Positions 28,701 through 38,366 of a stretch of 64,000 nt of DNA are shown in pieces. Location of the stretch: IMG/VR virus record IMGVR_UViG_3300025168_000072, positions 4,596 through 68,595 of that record; one strand, given 5' to 3'. The position numbers were made by a program, and so were the translations under genes. Each line of letters begins with the position of its first letter. Positions within the stretch are counted from its first letter, which is position 1. The notes beneath the pieces are model-generated. The model saw nothing but the letters and a program-made list of their open reading frames with translations. It did no database searches and had not been told where the DNA came from. The stretch comes from a virus.

Positions 28701-31700
28701 GTAACATTTCTAACTCTCATCCCTATTTTAACTCCTTCTACAAGGAAATCAGCACCGCTACAAGTGATAACCATATTACCTGCGGCGTAAGATATTGTCG
28801 ATGTTGCCGATTCGACAATCGAAGAGTTTAATTTTCCTGAATAGACATACCAAAAGGTTTCGGATGAAGGTTGGTTTGTTCCGACCCCTCTCGATGCTTT
28901 TATTTTACCGAAGCCATAATTTTCAAATTCGGAAATTAGGCTTGTAGAAGGTTTAGTCTCTATGACCGTATCTCCGACTTCTATGGTTCTGTTCAACTCC
29001 GCCGACCCACCGTTCCACAATCTGTAATTAGGGTGTTGGCTGTATGGCTTTGCGCTGTTGCGTGTGGTAGCCGAACCTTGAACCCAATAGTTATCCATGA
29101 GAACGGGGAACCCGTGATACTCGGTTTCGTAATCTCCGATATTGACTCGACCACCCGCTTCTTGATTTATTGTTCCACCGTTAATAAAAGTATTAAGGTT
29201 AAAGAACTTAGAGCAATCGTAGACAACAAGACTGCCGCCTGTATTTTCCCAAGAGCGAAGAACCGATTCAGTATTCTCCGCTTGTAAAACAATAAAAGAT
29301 GGGTAGTTCGTATACGCTATGTCTACTGTGTGGTCTGTTGCTATCACGACAAGACTATTAGCCCCACTTACATTTTCAACAAAAGAAACCGTGTGTTGTG
29401 TGTTGTAAACACCACAACCGCCGATGAGTATTTTGTCGCCAACAGAAGGAACATCGGCGTCATCGGTATAAAAATAAGCCTTACCTGTGTAAGCACCCGA
29501 TTGATAACTTGCTATAATAGGGCCGTGAATTGCACCGCTAACATTTACTATTAACTTTGCACCCGCAGTTCCGAGAGGTAAAGAATACGGTATTCCTGTC
29601 GAGGGGTCTACCTCCGAATCCAATTCCCACATATCCAAATCACTACCAACCTTTAAGTCGGTAAAGTCAGTAAAGGAACCGTCATCTTCGTATTGGTCGG
29701 TGAAAGCGATAGAGACATTGTAATTTTCGGCAACGGGCTTCATCAATCCAACATTCTTCTTACCGAATCCTCCGCTTGCGTCGGCATCTCCGTTGTTTCG
29801 CATGTCGGCCCATTGTAGCCAAAGGTGTTTGTAATCTTCTTTTACATCTAAAATATACATGGTCGAGTCATCTATGTGGTCTTTGGATAACCCGCTTACG
29901 CCAACTATGACGCTTTGTGAATCGAGAAAACCTGTGTAAGTAAATGTGTCTACAAAACCATCAGCGTCTACAATCTGTCCGACTCCTGAACTGCCGGTCA
30001 TCGAACCGGTATAGGCAATCTGTGTTGCCGACGCTGTTATCGCGCCGTCGGTGAGCAAAGAATCTTTAGGGTTAGATTCGTAAATCGCGAAATGTTTTCG
30101 GAACCAAGGGGAGTCGGCCAATTGTCTCATCCAAACCGCATGTGCTGTTTTCATTTTCAGGTCTATTGCCGCCGGTCTTGCGTAGCCTGTGTCAATACTG
30201 AACTCCATAGCCTGTGTTACGAAGGGGAAGGCGGAGGCAACGGGAATAGCGTAATCTACCATAACATAATATTTTGAATTTGTGCCTCCGGCTGGCCCGT
30301 ATGCAATAGTTCCCATTACTTTGAACGAACCGTTGATGAAACTACTGTTACCTTTTTCGGCCACTGTCAAGTAATCCCCGACCTTCAAAGTAGAACCGTC
30401 GGCCCTAGTCGGGGCAATATTAAATCGGTAAAGGAGATAACCAATAAATTGAGCCGTTCCGCCATGCGCTGTGCTTCTTGGGTCGTAGCACCCATAACCT
30501 TCTAAATTAGCCGTTGTGTTTTTTGCATAAGTAACTCCGGGTAGAACAATCGCTTGAACGCTTGTTGTAACAAGACCATCACTACTGAAAAAACCTGCCG
30601 ATGCCGTGTTGCTCGCAGTAGTGCAAGCACCACTCGCCAATGTTCCGGCAGTTACATTATGACTGTCGCTATTCATAACGGTAAAAGTATCTCCGTCGGA
30701 GTAACCGGTTCCGTTTTGTTCCATGATGGCTTCACAAACCGTTCCCGTCGGGTTGTTGAAACCTTTAATCTTGTAACCCAACCATTCATTCTCAATGTCA
30801 TTTGGCCCCCGTTCATCTTCGTTATTATACATCTGTATCGGGTGCGCTGTATTTAGACGCATCCTTTGTTGGTGTAGTTCTTTGTATGATGTTCCTGATT
30901 CAAAACCAATAGTGGGGAGGCCCGACAATAACCTCGCCGCACCCATAAACAAGGAATCTTCTAAATCCGATACTTCACTTCGGCGGGCCAAAACTATATC
31001 GCCTTCACTCATGCCAACTTGACCCATCTCCCAAGATGCTATCTGTCGGTCAAGGAGTGAGAGTGAATCTCTTGCACTGATATTTATTTCTCTTGTTCTT
31101 CTATTTGCATTTTGTCTTACGCTTATTTTATCTATGACCCCATTCCATAGTGGTCTGTGGATATTACCACTAAACATCAAAAGTCGCCAATCACTAACAG
31201 CATCATTTGTAAACCAAGGAGTAAGGTTTTGTTCTGTGTCGTCATCTAATACAACTATGCTTGCTTGGCTAATACCGTTTGTTTGCATATTACAATCCCA
31301 CTTATCAACGGGGGCAGGTAACGCTGTTCCGTCGGGCATGTCGGTAAGAGGTCGATAGAGAGCCACGCGGTCAATCATTGTATCTACCAAACACTTGTTG
31401 TAGTTTGCGTGGTTTGGTTCCACAAACAATTCCCATCCTCTCATTTCTTCTTGATTGAAAGCGGCGGAGGTTTGAGTGTTATTGTTAAGGGTATATCCAC
31501 CACTGTATGAACCGGCGGCTGAATTGGTTGCTGTAACTTCTGTTCCGTTGTGGTAAACTTTGAACTTGTTTGACCCTATGAATTTGAAGTCAAAATCTTG
31601 CCAAGCCTGTGCCGCCGCCGCTTCCAAATCAGGGTTGCCTTCTTGTCGTTCCGCATCCCATAGAGTGTGATAGTATTGGTAAATGCCCGAAAGTCCCGCA

Positions 31701-32752
31701 CCGTCATGGGGAGTAAAAGCCCACTCAATAGCGGCTGTTCCTCCGCCTGAACCTGTTGTTCCAAAAGTGGTGTTTTCGGGGAATCCAATTTTAAGGGTAT
31801 ATTTAACTTGGGCCGAAGTGTCTATAAGTTTCGTCTGTCCGTTTGGGGGTGCTGAACCGGTATACATCCCCTTCATAGCGTGGGTTGCCATGCGTAAAGT
31901 GAAGTAGTCTCCGGTAGAGCGAGAGTTAAGTGGATTAGAATACGCTATAACGGGTCTGTAAGCACCCGCAGGGCCAACATTGTTTAATTGGTGGGCTGTG
32001 GAGTCTGCAAGGTAAGTCGTAACGCATAAGAAGGGTTTTCCGGCGAGACTTTTAATTGGTTGAAAGTGGCGTTCAGGATAATCGGCATGGGTTGTAGCCG
32101 AACCATCCGACGCATTGTAAGCACCGGCTTGTAATCTCTCCCCCATCCAAACTCCGGTCATGTGAGCATACTGCATAAAATTAGGTTGCGTTCCGGTGAT
32201 ATTTCCCGCTTCGCCCGATTCGTATGATTTGCCGTTAAAAGCATAATGACTGTCTCTACCAAACGAAGCGTCGGTGTCTCCGCCCGGTAGATAATATTTT
32301 GCGCTTGAATCCGAGGATGAAGAAATAATCATGTAAGTGTCGTCGGTAGATGCTGTGTTGTGTGGTGTATCGTCAAAGCGTAGTCTGTTAGGATGTGCAA
32401 GTGTAGATGGGTATTGTAATTGAGAACGACCGGCCCATGTAGCACCTTTGCCTAATCGGATGTGGTCGAAGGTAGCCCAACGGTGAACCCCGTCGTTGCT
32501 CAAAAGGTAATTGGTGCTACTCGAAAATTCGGTCGTCGAGGCGCGGTCGCGCATCGACCAACGGTAGCGAGGATTGAGTGTCGCTTCACCATTCATGGTG
32601 TTGCCATGATGTGTTTTATCGGCATCATAAGAACTGTCGGTAGACGGGGCGTTCTCGTCGTCAGTTATGACGCGTGAACCCAAAAAGTCTTCATAATATC
32701 CGGCAAGCCAAAAACCGTATTTACTTGTTGCTGTTCTAACCATTTTCTTCAC
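25754..32752 (-). CDS. Giant tail-tip/baseplate hub-adhesin protein, 2332 aa
   Basis: Follows the tape measure gene. Hub-like segments LWNGVIDKI..REINISARDSLSLLD and ITNVRVYY; beta-rich inserts; Gly/Pro linker. Confidence 0.7.
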   Translation of the reverse strand: MKKMVRTATSKYGFWLAGYYEDFLGSRVITDDENAPSTDSSYDADKTHHGNTMNGEATLNPRYRWSMRDRASTTEFSSSTNYLLSNDGVHRWATFDHIRLGKGATWAGRSQLQYPSTLAHPNRLRFDDTPHNTASTDDTYMIISSSSDSSAKYYLPGGDTDASFGRDSHYAFNGKSYESGEAGNITGTQPNFMQYAHMTGVWMGERLQAGAYNASDGSATTHADYPERHFQPIKSLAGKPFLCVTTYLADSTAHQLNNVGPAGAYRPVIAYSNPLNSRSTGDYFTLRMATHAMKGMYTGSAPPNGQTKLIDTSAQVKYTLKIGFPENTTFGTTGSGGGTAAIEWAFTPHDGAGLSGIYQYYHTLWDAERQEGNPDLEAAAAQAWQDFDFKFIGSNKFKVYHNGTEVTATNSAAGSYSGGYTLNNNTQTSAAFNQEEMRGWELFVEPNHANYNKCLVDTMIDRVALYRPLTDMPDGTALPAPVDKWDCNMQTNGISQASIVVLDDDTEQNLTPWFTNDAVSDWRLLMFSGNIHRPLWNGVIDKISVRQNANRRTREINISARDSLSLLDRQIASWEMGQVGMSEGDIVLARRSEVSDLEDSLFMGAARLLSGLPTIGFESGTSYKELHQQRMRLNTAHPIQMYNNEDERGPNDIENEWLGYKIKGFNNPTGTVCEAIMEQNGTGYSDGDTFTVMNSDSHNVTAGTLASGACTTASNTASAGFFSSDGLVTTSVQAIVLPGVTYAKNTTANLEGYGCYDPRSTAHGGTAQFIGYLLYRFNIAPTRADGSTLKVGDYLTVAEKGNSSFINGSFKVMGTIAYGPAGGTNSKYYVMVDYAIPVASAFPFVTQAMEFSIDTGYARPAAIDLKMKTAHAVWMRQLADSPWFRKHFAIYESNPKDSLLTDGAITASATQIAYTGSMTGSSGVGQIVDADGFVDTFTYTGFLDSQSVIVGVSGLSKDHIDDSTMYILDVKEDYKHLWLQWADMRNNGDADASGGFGKKNVGLMKPVAENYNVSIAFTDQYEDDGSFTDFTDLKVGSDLDMWELDSEVDPSTGIPYSLPLGTAGAKLIVNVSGAIHGPIIASYQSGAYTGKAYFYTDDADVPSVGDKILIGGCGVYNTQHTVSFVENVSGANSLVVIATDHTVDIAYTNYPSFIVLQAENTESVLRSWENTGGSLVVYDCSKFFNLNTFINGGTINQEAGGRVNIGDYETEYHGFPVLMDNYWVQGSATTRNSAKPYSQHPNYRLWNGGSAELNRTIEVGDTVIETKPSTSLISEFENYGFGKIKASRGVGTNQPSSETFWYVYSGKLNSSIVESATSTISYAAGNMVITCSGADFLVEGVKIGMRVRNVTQKWVAQITAVTATTLTITGANIANETGGTTQTVASGNTISIPEQLFGVYLEPDTGRNWVSYPTLAEEYLEELMMNDVIKAQGISLEIALNAASQQNASGAYDQVVIVASVSPRYSLRFLMKVDGFVTSPNIGTYWFSDKMRFLWSFMLSNTWLAQAATPCWYDIGSVPLSNNMTTDGGNTNHDSFGSAADMRGGKSIFSIIKQTNESTGFGYYNSLRLPMTYQIGRDNKLEVRPSYNSGEVVNRDILSVSSLDAEMGSHITNVRVYYNNGISFTDFPTPTLNQTYRWKIIEMPEVTNEPEAEAVAKEEYFKTKKKSISIAGNVLKDTTFTDKMLDQGRYGYVADTYRHTERGVVGNTIFNVSNNDVHAPSVDYNGVWCAVNGIMFCGTQNALDGHMGTDGSDEFNRDRYGAGITAQGTNAAQVVTYDNNFYWWGANSLAHAVQIVHIPTKTPVTSMTANADDLRIWIALKDGQSGTDIENAEFTVGLSNPVFVQDPQPEFATDYSTTAQFSPSMEVASVVTTTVDVKRNGFYEIAIPSTYWTSQSGSERIVISVNVDYLKDILRHRCGDPTASGILHNAHHINTATGVTNFSATNANSLFPLGLRQYANMTGAFDYRNAWYCPRVNIVPDIRWRPGTTVAFTDSGLGLSSEALSIQKINWSATGSSTESVQLSLERDQTKDEGGLSSFLYPTVSRGRGSPVVGGGGGGGTTPPIPKPDVPPSTGGGTGGGTGTPYTPPSSGPIGSTPFSPSQIEGGRFTQVGGGAFSNSVSGNMLASGIHAKVSGRMDFLENGVSDASFGLLGQARSAPPMNTQRSVEGIGDTSFAASATSTMSGEGMVFSGIVDPESSNRPTQSHSISVRVPDDVSDEIITIDCSYSLGGNVESRAILTVSAKCEETGNSISRTVTFGGDEEKQSMALLSGNLNGAETGGNNITITLTRTSGSGDDNASYSSLVLHNTRINFQRYSMKGMSTSSQGFNPY

Positions 32753-32767
32753 TCTCTATTACTATAC

Positions 32768-35700
32768 TTAGAAGCCTACATTTGTGCCGCCCTTGATGTT
32801 TAGGCCATTACTGTTTAACTGTGCGATTACTTGTCCGGTAATCTCTCTTGCGGCGGCGGTTGTCGTCATGCCGTTAAAGGTGTTTGTCATTATGACTTCG
32901 GTTGTGTTTATGAGCGTTTCTACACCCTTGTTCACTACCTGTTTCACCATGTCTCCGGTTAGGTTGCCCTTAGACATACCGAAGAACATTTCTTCTCTCT
33001 CGCTGTTGAACTCAAAAATTGCTTCTTTGGCCGCTTCGATAGGGCCGATGAAGTTATCCATAGCCCCCGCCGCATCTTCAAAAATAGCCCCGAAGTCTTG
33101 TCCTGATTCTTCGGCAAACTTCTCCAAATCGCTTAAAAAGTCTGTAAAGTCATCGGCGTTTTTTGCTATGTCGGCAACCGCACCTCGGTATTCTTCAGGT
33201 ATTTTTTGCATAACTGCGGAGACATTGGCTTCTGCATCGGCAACCATATCTTCTTGACCTACTCTCATTGCATATACATTATCCCTAAACCACTTTCCAC
33301 CGAGCATACCTTTTGTTTGGTCTACTCGCACTCCCGCGACATAAGCATACCCTTTATCGGTTTTTGCGGCATCGGAGGCGGCTTCGGCGGCTTTCAACTC
33401 TTGTCCTAAATTGAACATATTTTGTGCCGCCGCTTCATCTTTGAGTAAACCTCTTGAAGATTCAAGATTCATAATGTCTAACAAAATTGTTTTTTCTCCG
33501 TTGTATAGGTCTAATCGCGCTTGAAGAACTTTCTTGTTTGTATCGTCGGTTGAGTTTGCTAATTCCTTTTCCGTAGCGAGGATGTTTGAGTTAAGACTTG
33601 ATACATTGGATGCTATTGTCGCCGCATCTTTACCCGCCATTCGACTTTGTGCATCTTCGTATTGTTCGGCTGTGTAACTTACTGCCATGCCAAAATCTTC
33701 AATTGCATCTGTGGCTTCATTGTAATTGTCTTTCGAGGCCCACATAGCCGCCGCTATTACCGCAGTTACCGCAAGTAAAGCGAGGTTTGCTTTGGTAAGT
33801 AATTTTTGGCTCATGGTTAATTTTTTGGTAGCCACATTAGCCCCCTCCGTCGTTGCCGCTAATGTAGCCGTTGCACCGGCCATTGTTAGCATTTGAACTG
33901 TTGCGGGAATCATACTTGCGGTCATAAGAACTGCGGATAGTTTTGCCGCATCTTCGTTATCGCTAAGCATACTTAGTAGCATTGATACACCACCTAAAGC
34001 ACCAGACAATTTCATCATACTCATATTAGACTGCATACTCGAAGAGACTAAGGCTTTGTTCGCTTGGTCTACCCCCATGATAACATTTCGGAACGCGGGC
34101 ATAAGGGCGAGCAACCGCATAATATGACTCTCTTCTAATCCTAATTCTTGAGACAAGCGTTTGGATGTTTGAGTCATTGCGTCAGTAACTACTTTGTTCT
34201 GTTGTTGAGCGTTTGTTTTCATATTCAAAGCCGCCGCCGCTTGCGTATGCCCCTGTTGAAGAATCTTTTGAACATTGTTTTCTTGTGTGAAGGAAGATGA
34301 CGCCCTCAAGGAAAGCAAAATCTCTTGGCCCTTAGCACCTAAAGCCTGTTTAGAAATATCTAATTTTGCCTTTGCCGCCTTTACTTCATTACCCTCAAGA
34401 ATGGCTGTGTGCTTCTTTTGATTAGCAATGTTTATTTCCGTTCTTTCTATGGCTTTTCCCAATTTAACTATTCGGTCGTTGTCGGCAATTTCTTGTTTTT
34501 CGAGCGAGGCTTGAACTTTTTTAGAGTTTAAAACACCTTTATGAATATGCCCTGCTTTGGTTGTTATTCTTGCCTTTGCTTGTTCTGTGGTTAAACCTTG
34601 TTCCTCTAAAGCCTTGATAACTCTTTTTTCTTGAGTTATCTCTTTAAGTTTCGCCAATTCTTTTTCATTTGCCTCTAAGTTTGCTTTGCCGGTTTTACCA
34701 ATATATCGTGCCGGACTATTCCCGGTCGCTTCAAGTTCAATTGCTTTTTGTCGTATGTGTAATTGTCGCGCTAATTCAATTTGCGCGAGTTTATGCTTCT
34801 GTTGAATAAGGTCTAAGTTCCCTTTTTCTCTACTTGTGAGAATCGCCAACTGTTGTGCAATCGTCAATTCCTCTTCTCTTAACTGCATTTGTATAATTAA
34901 CTGCTTTGTAATCATGTCTTCTTTACCTAATTCGGTATCTAACATAGCCATGCTTATCGCGCTTTGATTGTTTTTTTGCCCGTATGCGTTTGCACGAACA
35001 ATTTCTTCACCTGAAATAGCGCGAGTCAAAGCCTGTTGCGTTCTCAAAGAAACATTTAGACTCATCATGTTGAGGTTTGCTTCGACAAGGGGAGAGAATA
35101 TTTTACCAAACTCGTTTATCGCCGCACCAAGACCCATTAGGCTTCCAACAGCACCTATTTCTTCGCCCAAATCAGCCATAGCATTCGACAAAAGACCCAT
35201 TTCTTTTCTTGCGAAAATAACACCCGGAACAAAGTGATTTCCTAATCGAGCATTGGCATTATTTAATGCGGCCTCTACTTGAGTTAATTGAAATGCTTGG
35301 TCTTCATACCGTCGGTTCAATTCTTCTTGGGCTGTGTCTAATCTTTGAGCCGCTTGTGTTGATAACTCGGTTGCTCGCTCGTAGTTATCTATCAATTTGA
35401 TAGCACGAACATAGTGGTCGTTACCTGCGATAGCCTGAGCGATTCGCATTTTTTCGGCATCGTTGTATATGATTGTAGAATTGTTAATGTCTCCGAGAAT
35501 AGCCTCCATAGACCGCATTTGACCGTTTGAATCTTTTACGGCTATACCGTATTTTGCTAATTCGGTCGCCGCACCGCTTGTATCAGCACCAAGACGGGCA
35601 TACATCATACGAAGCGCACGACCGGCCTTTCCTTGTTCTTCACCGGCTTCAATTAGGGTTGCCGACATAGCGGCCATGAACTGTGTGCTTTCACCGGCCA

Positions 35701-36415
35701 ACTGCGCCGAAGAAGCATACTGATTCATAACATAAGTAATTTGAGACATGGTGGCGGCGGAACGGTTTTCAATGGTGTTCAACTCATCCATCAATTTGAC
35801 GCTGTTCGCTCGAACAAGATTTGCTTTTTCGTCTTCGCTCAATCGCGCTACTTGAGAAGAAGTCAATTCACCATACATGAAGTTAGTCTGTTGTTGTAAA
35901 GAGATAAGACGCTTCATAGCATCTTCTGTTCCCATACCACCAATTAGACCGAACTCAATACCTGTTTGGGTAGCGGCGGCTACACCTGCCCCACCACCAA
36001 CAATGGCCGACAACTGCGCCATACGCGCACCTGCGTTCAATGCTTGGTCGGCAGTAAAACCTGCGGCCAAACCAATTCTTTCGATAGCACCGGCAACCTC
36101 ATCTCCACCGGCAAAGTTAGCGAACTTTTCAAACTCTAATCGGGCTTCGGCAATCTCTCTCGACAAGGGAACGGTAGCGTCTATAACCGCAGTCATTTGT
36201 TCGCTAACCGCCGCCGCCGATTCTTGAATACCTGATAGACCGTCAAGCATAAGTGATTGTAAAACAGTAACCTTAGCCTCGGCATCAGCAATCAATCGCG
36301 TAGCCTGAAAGGAACCTACAACATCGAAGAAAACCTGTGATGCACCGGCACGAAGCACGACCATAGCGAGAGCCGCTACGACAAAGGGGATTATTTCAAA
36401 AATAAGTTCAAGCAA
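32768..36415 (-). CDS. Tail tape measure protein
   Basis: 1215 aa, Ala-rich and helical; TP901-like AGEEQGKAGRALRMMYARL...LAKYGIAVKDSNGQMRS; lies after the chaperone genes. Confidence 0.9.
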   Translation of the reverse strand: MLELIFEIIPFVVAALAMVVLRAGASQVFFDVVGSFQATRLIADAEAKVTVLQSLMLDGLSGIQESAAAVSEQMTAVIDATVPLSREIAEARLEFEKFANFAGGDEVAGAIERIGLAAGFTADQALNAGARMAQLSAIVGGGAGVAAATQTGIEFGLIGGMGTEDAMKRLISLQQQTNFMYGELTSSQVARLSEDEKANLVRANSVKLMDELNTIENRSAATMSQITYVMNQYASSAQLAGESTQFMAAMSATLIEAGEEQGKAGRALRMMYARLGADTSGAATELAKYGIAVKDSNGQMRSMEAILGDINNSTIIYNDAEKMRIAQAIAGNDHYVRAIKLIDNYERATELSTQAAQRLDTAQEELNRRYEDQAFQLTQVEAALNNANARLGNHFVPGVIFARKEMGLLSNAMADLGEEIGAVGSLMGLGAAINEFGKIFSPLVEANLNMMSLNVSLRTQQALTRAISGEEIVRANAYGQKNNQSAISMAMLDTELGKEDMITKQLIIQMQLREEELTIAQQLAILTSREKGNLDLIQQKHKLAQIELARQLHIRQKAIELEATGNSPARYIGKTGKANLEANEKELAKLKEITQEKRVIKALEEQGLTTEQAKARITTKAGHIHKGVLNSKKVQASLEKQEIADNDRIVKLGKAIERTEINIANQKKHTAILEGNEVKAAKAKLDISKQALGAKGQEILLSLRASSSFTQENNVQKILQQGHTQAAAALNMKTNAQQQNKVVTDAMTQTSKRLSQELGLEESHIMRLLALMPAFRNVIMGVDQANKALVSSSMQSNMSMMKLSGALGGVSMLLSMLSDNEDAAKLSAVLMTASMIPATVQMLTMAGATATLAATTEGANVATKKLTMSQKLLTKANLALLAVTAVIAAAMWASKDNYNEATDAIEDFGMAVSYTAEQYEDAQSRMAGKDAATIASNVSSLNSNILATEKELANSTDDTNKKVLQARLDLYNGEKTILLDIMNLESSRGLLKDEAAAQNMFNLGQELKAAEAASDAAKTDKGYAYVAGVRVDQTKGMLGGKWFRDNVYAMRVGQEDMVADAEANVSAVMQKIPEEYRGAVADIAKNADDFTDFLSDLEKFAEESGQDFGAIFEDAAGAMDNFIGPIEAAKEAIFEFNSEREEMFFGMSKGNLTGDMVKQVVNKGVETLINTTEVIMTNTFNGMTTTAAAREITGQVIAQLNSNGLNIKGGTNVGF

Positions 36416-36435
36416 TCGTCATCCCCTCTACTGCA

Positions 36436-36741
36436 CTACTCTTGCTTAGACATAGGAACACCTAAGCCCCTAAGCATGTTTAGCCCGTCGTTGTCGTTTA
36501 ATAATTCCCGATTTGATATACGCTGTTTACGGCGAGCCGCCGCACTATTACCATCCATTTTCTTTTTGCTGTCGGATGTTGCTTTCTCGATTCTTTCGCT
36601 CATCTCCATAGCGACTAATAAATCCATACTTAACATTTCTTGACCGCCTTCGCAATCGTATCTGTCCCACAAATCCGAGGGTAGCGTTCCTTTATACGCC
36701 ATGCACAATGTTGGTGCTACTCGGAAGAAGGTTCCAAAGGG
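36436..36741 (-). CDS. Tail assembly chaperone, frameshift extension (gpT-like)
   Basis: The -1 frame is open from the slippery heptamer into the 36436-36708 ORF. Confidence 0.7.
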   Translation of the reverse strand, partial: PFGTFFRVAPTLCMAYKGTLPSDLWDRYDCEGGQEMLSMDLLVAMEMSERIEKATSDSKKKMDGNSAAARRKQRISNRELLNDNDGLNMLRGLGVPMSKQE

Positions 36742-37079
36742 AGGCCACCTTCAGGGTCATCTCCCCGAACAAACCCAAGAATCATTCTCAATTCTTCACC
36801 TGTCAAATCATCAATGTCAAAGTCCTTTGGTCGGACAATACTCTTAGGAACCCACTCACGGATTTGGTTTTCCATACCGCAACCGGCTTCTTCTAAAGCC
36901 TCGGCAAATTCTGTTTGTTGTTCGTCAGTCCACTCGGATGTGTCTAATCCAAAGTGCGAGAACTTGCGAAATGTTTTCGCTTGGAGGTTCTCAATTTTCA
37001 ATTTTGACATCCCACCGGCTTGTCGCACAATGAGTTTAGTTCCGTCGTCTAATTCAAATTCTTTTGTTAATACAGGCAT
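36717..37079 (-). CDS. Tail assembly chaperone (gpG-like)
   Basis: Lies between tail tube and tape measure; C CCT TTG heptamer near its 3' end. Confidence 0.75.
   Translation of the reverse strand: MPVLTKEFELDDGTKLIVRQAGGMSKLKIENLQAKTFRKFSHFGLDTSEWTDEQQTEFAEALEEAGCGMENQIREWVPKSIVRPKDFDIDDLTGEELRMILGFVRGDDPEGGLPLEPSSE
36735..36741 (-). other. Programmed -1 ribosomal frameshift site C CCT TTG
   Basis: X XXY YYZ heptamer in the correct frame, linking the two chaperone ORFs. Confidence 0.7.
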
Positions 37080-37122
37080 TTTCTTCACTTCTTTTCTATT
37101 TCCTTTTAGGGGAATACTATAC

Positions 37123-37317
37123 TTATGCTATAATGGCAACAACCGTTAAAGTTATGTCGTTGCTATCCTTTTTTCTTGTTGTATCACATGAAATGATAAT
37201 ATCATCATTTGCTATGGCGGCTCTAAAAGCCGTTTGGACTTCGGCGGCTGTTCCGGTGAACTGCAAGACATCAAGAGTAGTCTTATCAGCGATAACCGTT
37301 CCACCGTTATTTGCCAT
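37123..37317 (-). CDS. Small virion-associated protein
   Basis: GGTGA RBS; lies in the tail operon. Confidence 0.65.
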   Translation of the reverse strand: MANNGGTVIADKTTLDVLQFTGTAAEVQTAFRAAIANDDIIISCDTTRKKDSNDITLTVVAIIA

Positions 37318-37328
37318 ATTAAATCACC

Positions 37329-38315
37329 TTAATATGCGGAACTCTTTGTTGTTTGGAGGGTGCAATCCATCATCTTGTTATCGTTGCTTGAGTAAAGAGC
37401 AACAAAAGGAACAGACATTGTTTGTGTGTCTCGGCCTGAAACATTTGCGTCGGGTGCTTCAAATCGAATCTTGTAAAAGTTAAAGGTAAGGATGTCGGCA
37501 ACTGATTCATTACCGAATTGAACCTTCATTTCTATACCGCTACCGGACAACTCAAGACCATCAGCCGCAATCAAAGTTCCATAGTTAGGGTTGCTTGCAC
37601 CTGCACCGTCGTGTAGAATACGGTTGAACTCGATTGTTCCGCTAATCTCACGGCGTTGTGAAGGAGGTTGTCGGATGTATGTTGCATCTCCAAGACCGCA
37701 AGCGTTGTCGGTGTCGCTGTTCATGTTAATGTCGAAAGAGATTGACTTAACAGCGTTTGATGCGGTTGAGTCTGCATTAAAGAAAATCTTAGCGTCGGAA
37801 AAGTAAAGTGCGTTAAGACCATCGGCAAAAGAAGCGGTAAGTGTTCCAATTGCCGCAGTAGAGGCTTCCGCTTTACCAACAACGGATGCGGAAACCATGG
37901 CGTATTCGTTGATGTTTGCGCTTACTGAAAGTGAGTCTACAACACATCCTTTGTAGTAGTGTTCTTTGGTTTCTCGACCAATGCAAATAGTAAACGAAGG
38001 GATAGTTCCGGCTTCTGTGTAAACATGGGGATAAAGACCGCCTGAAATGCTACCTGTTGTATCTGTCGGGAAAAGACCAAGAAGTAATTGTCCTGTAAAA
38101 TTGTCGTTAATCATAGCGAGGTTAAAATCGCCGCCGGAGTATTCCTTTCCGGTTACTGCTTTAGAAGCACCGTATCGGGATAAATCGTCGCGAGTCATAA
38201 CATCATATTGATGCTTAATTGACTCGTCATCAACTTCACCGTAATAGTAAGTAGAGCCGGTCGTTCCGTATGCGGATTCTTTATTGATGGCGACAAATCG
38301 GTTTACAAAAGACAT
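37329..38315 (-). CDS. Major tail tube protein
   Basis: KESAYGT, PSFTICIG, YKGCVVDSLSVS, REISGTIEF; position in the operon. Confidence 0.85.
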   Translation of the reverse strand: MSFVNRFVAINKESAYGTTGSTYYYGEVDDESIKHQYDVMTRDDLSRYGASKAVTGKEYSGGDFNLAMINDNFTGQLLLGLFPTDTTGSISGGLYPHVYTEAGTIPSFTICIGRETKEHYYKGCVVDSLSVSANINEYAMVSASVVGKAEASTAAIGTLTASFADGLNALYFSDAKIFFNADSTASNAVKSISFDINMNSDTDNACGLGDATYIRQPPSQRREISGTIEFNRILHDGAGASNPNYGTLIAADGLELSGSGIEMKVQFGNESVADILTFNFYKIRFEAPDANVSGRDTQTMSVPFVALYSSNDNKMMDCTLQTTKSSAY

Positions 38316-38366
38316 ACATAATCACCTTTATGGCTAAACCACCCATCAATTGACACTTAAAGGTTA

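Noticed and set aside
32755-32768. 14-bp match TCTATTACTATACT shared with 2549-2562
   Set aside because: A short AT-rich match of this length is expected by chance in 64 kb.
25857-36227. Many + strand ORFs opposite the tail genes (and - strand ORFs opposite replication genes)
   Set aside because: They are antisense shadows of long genes and lack RBS or motifs.
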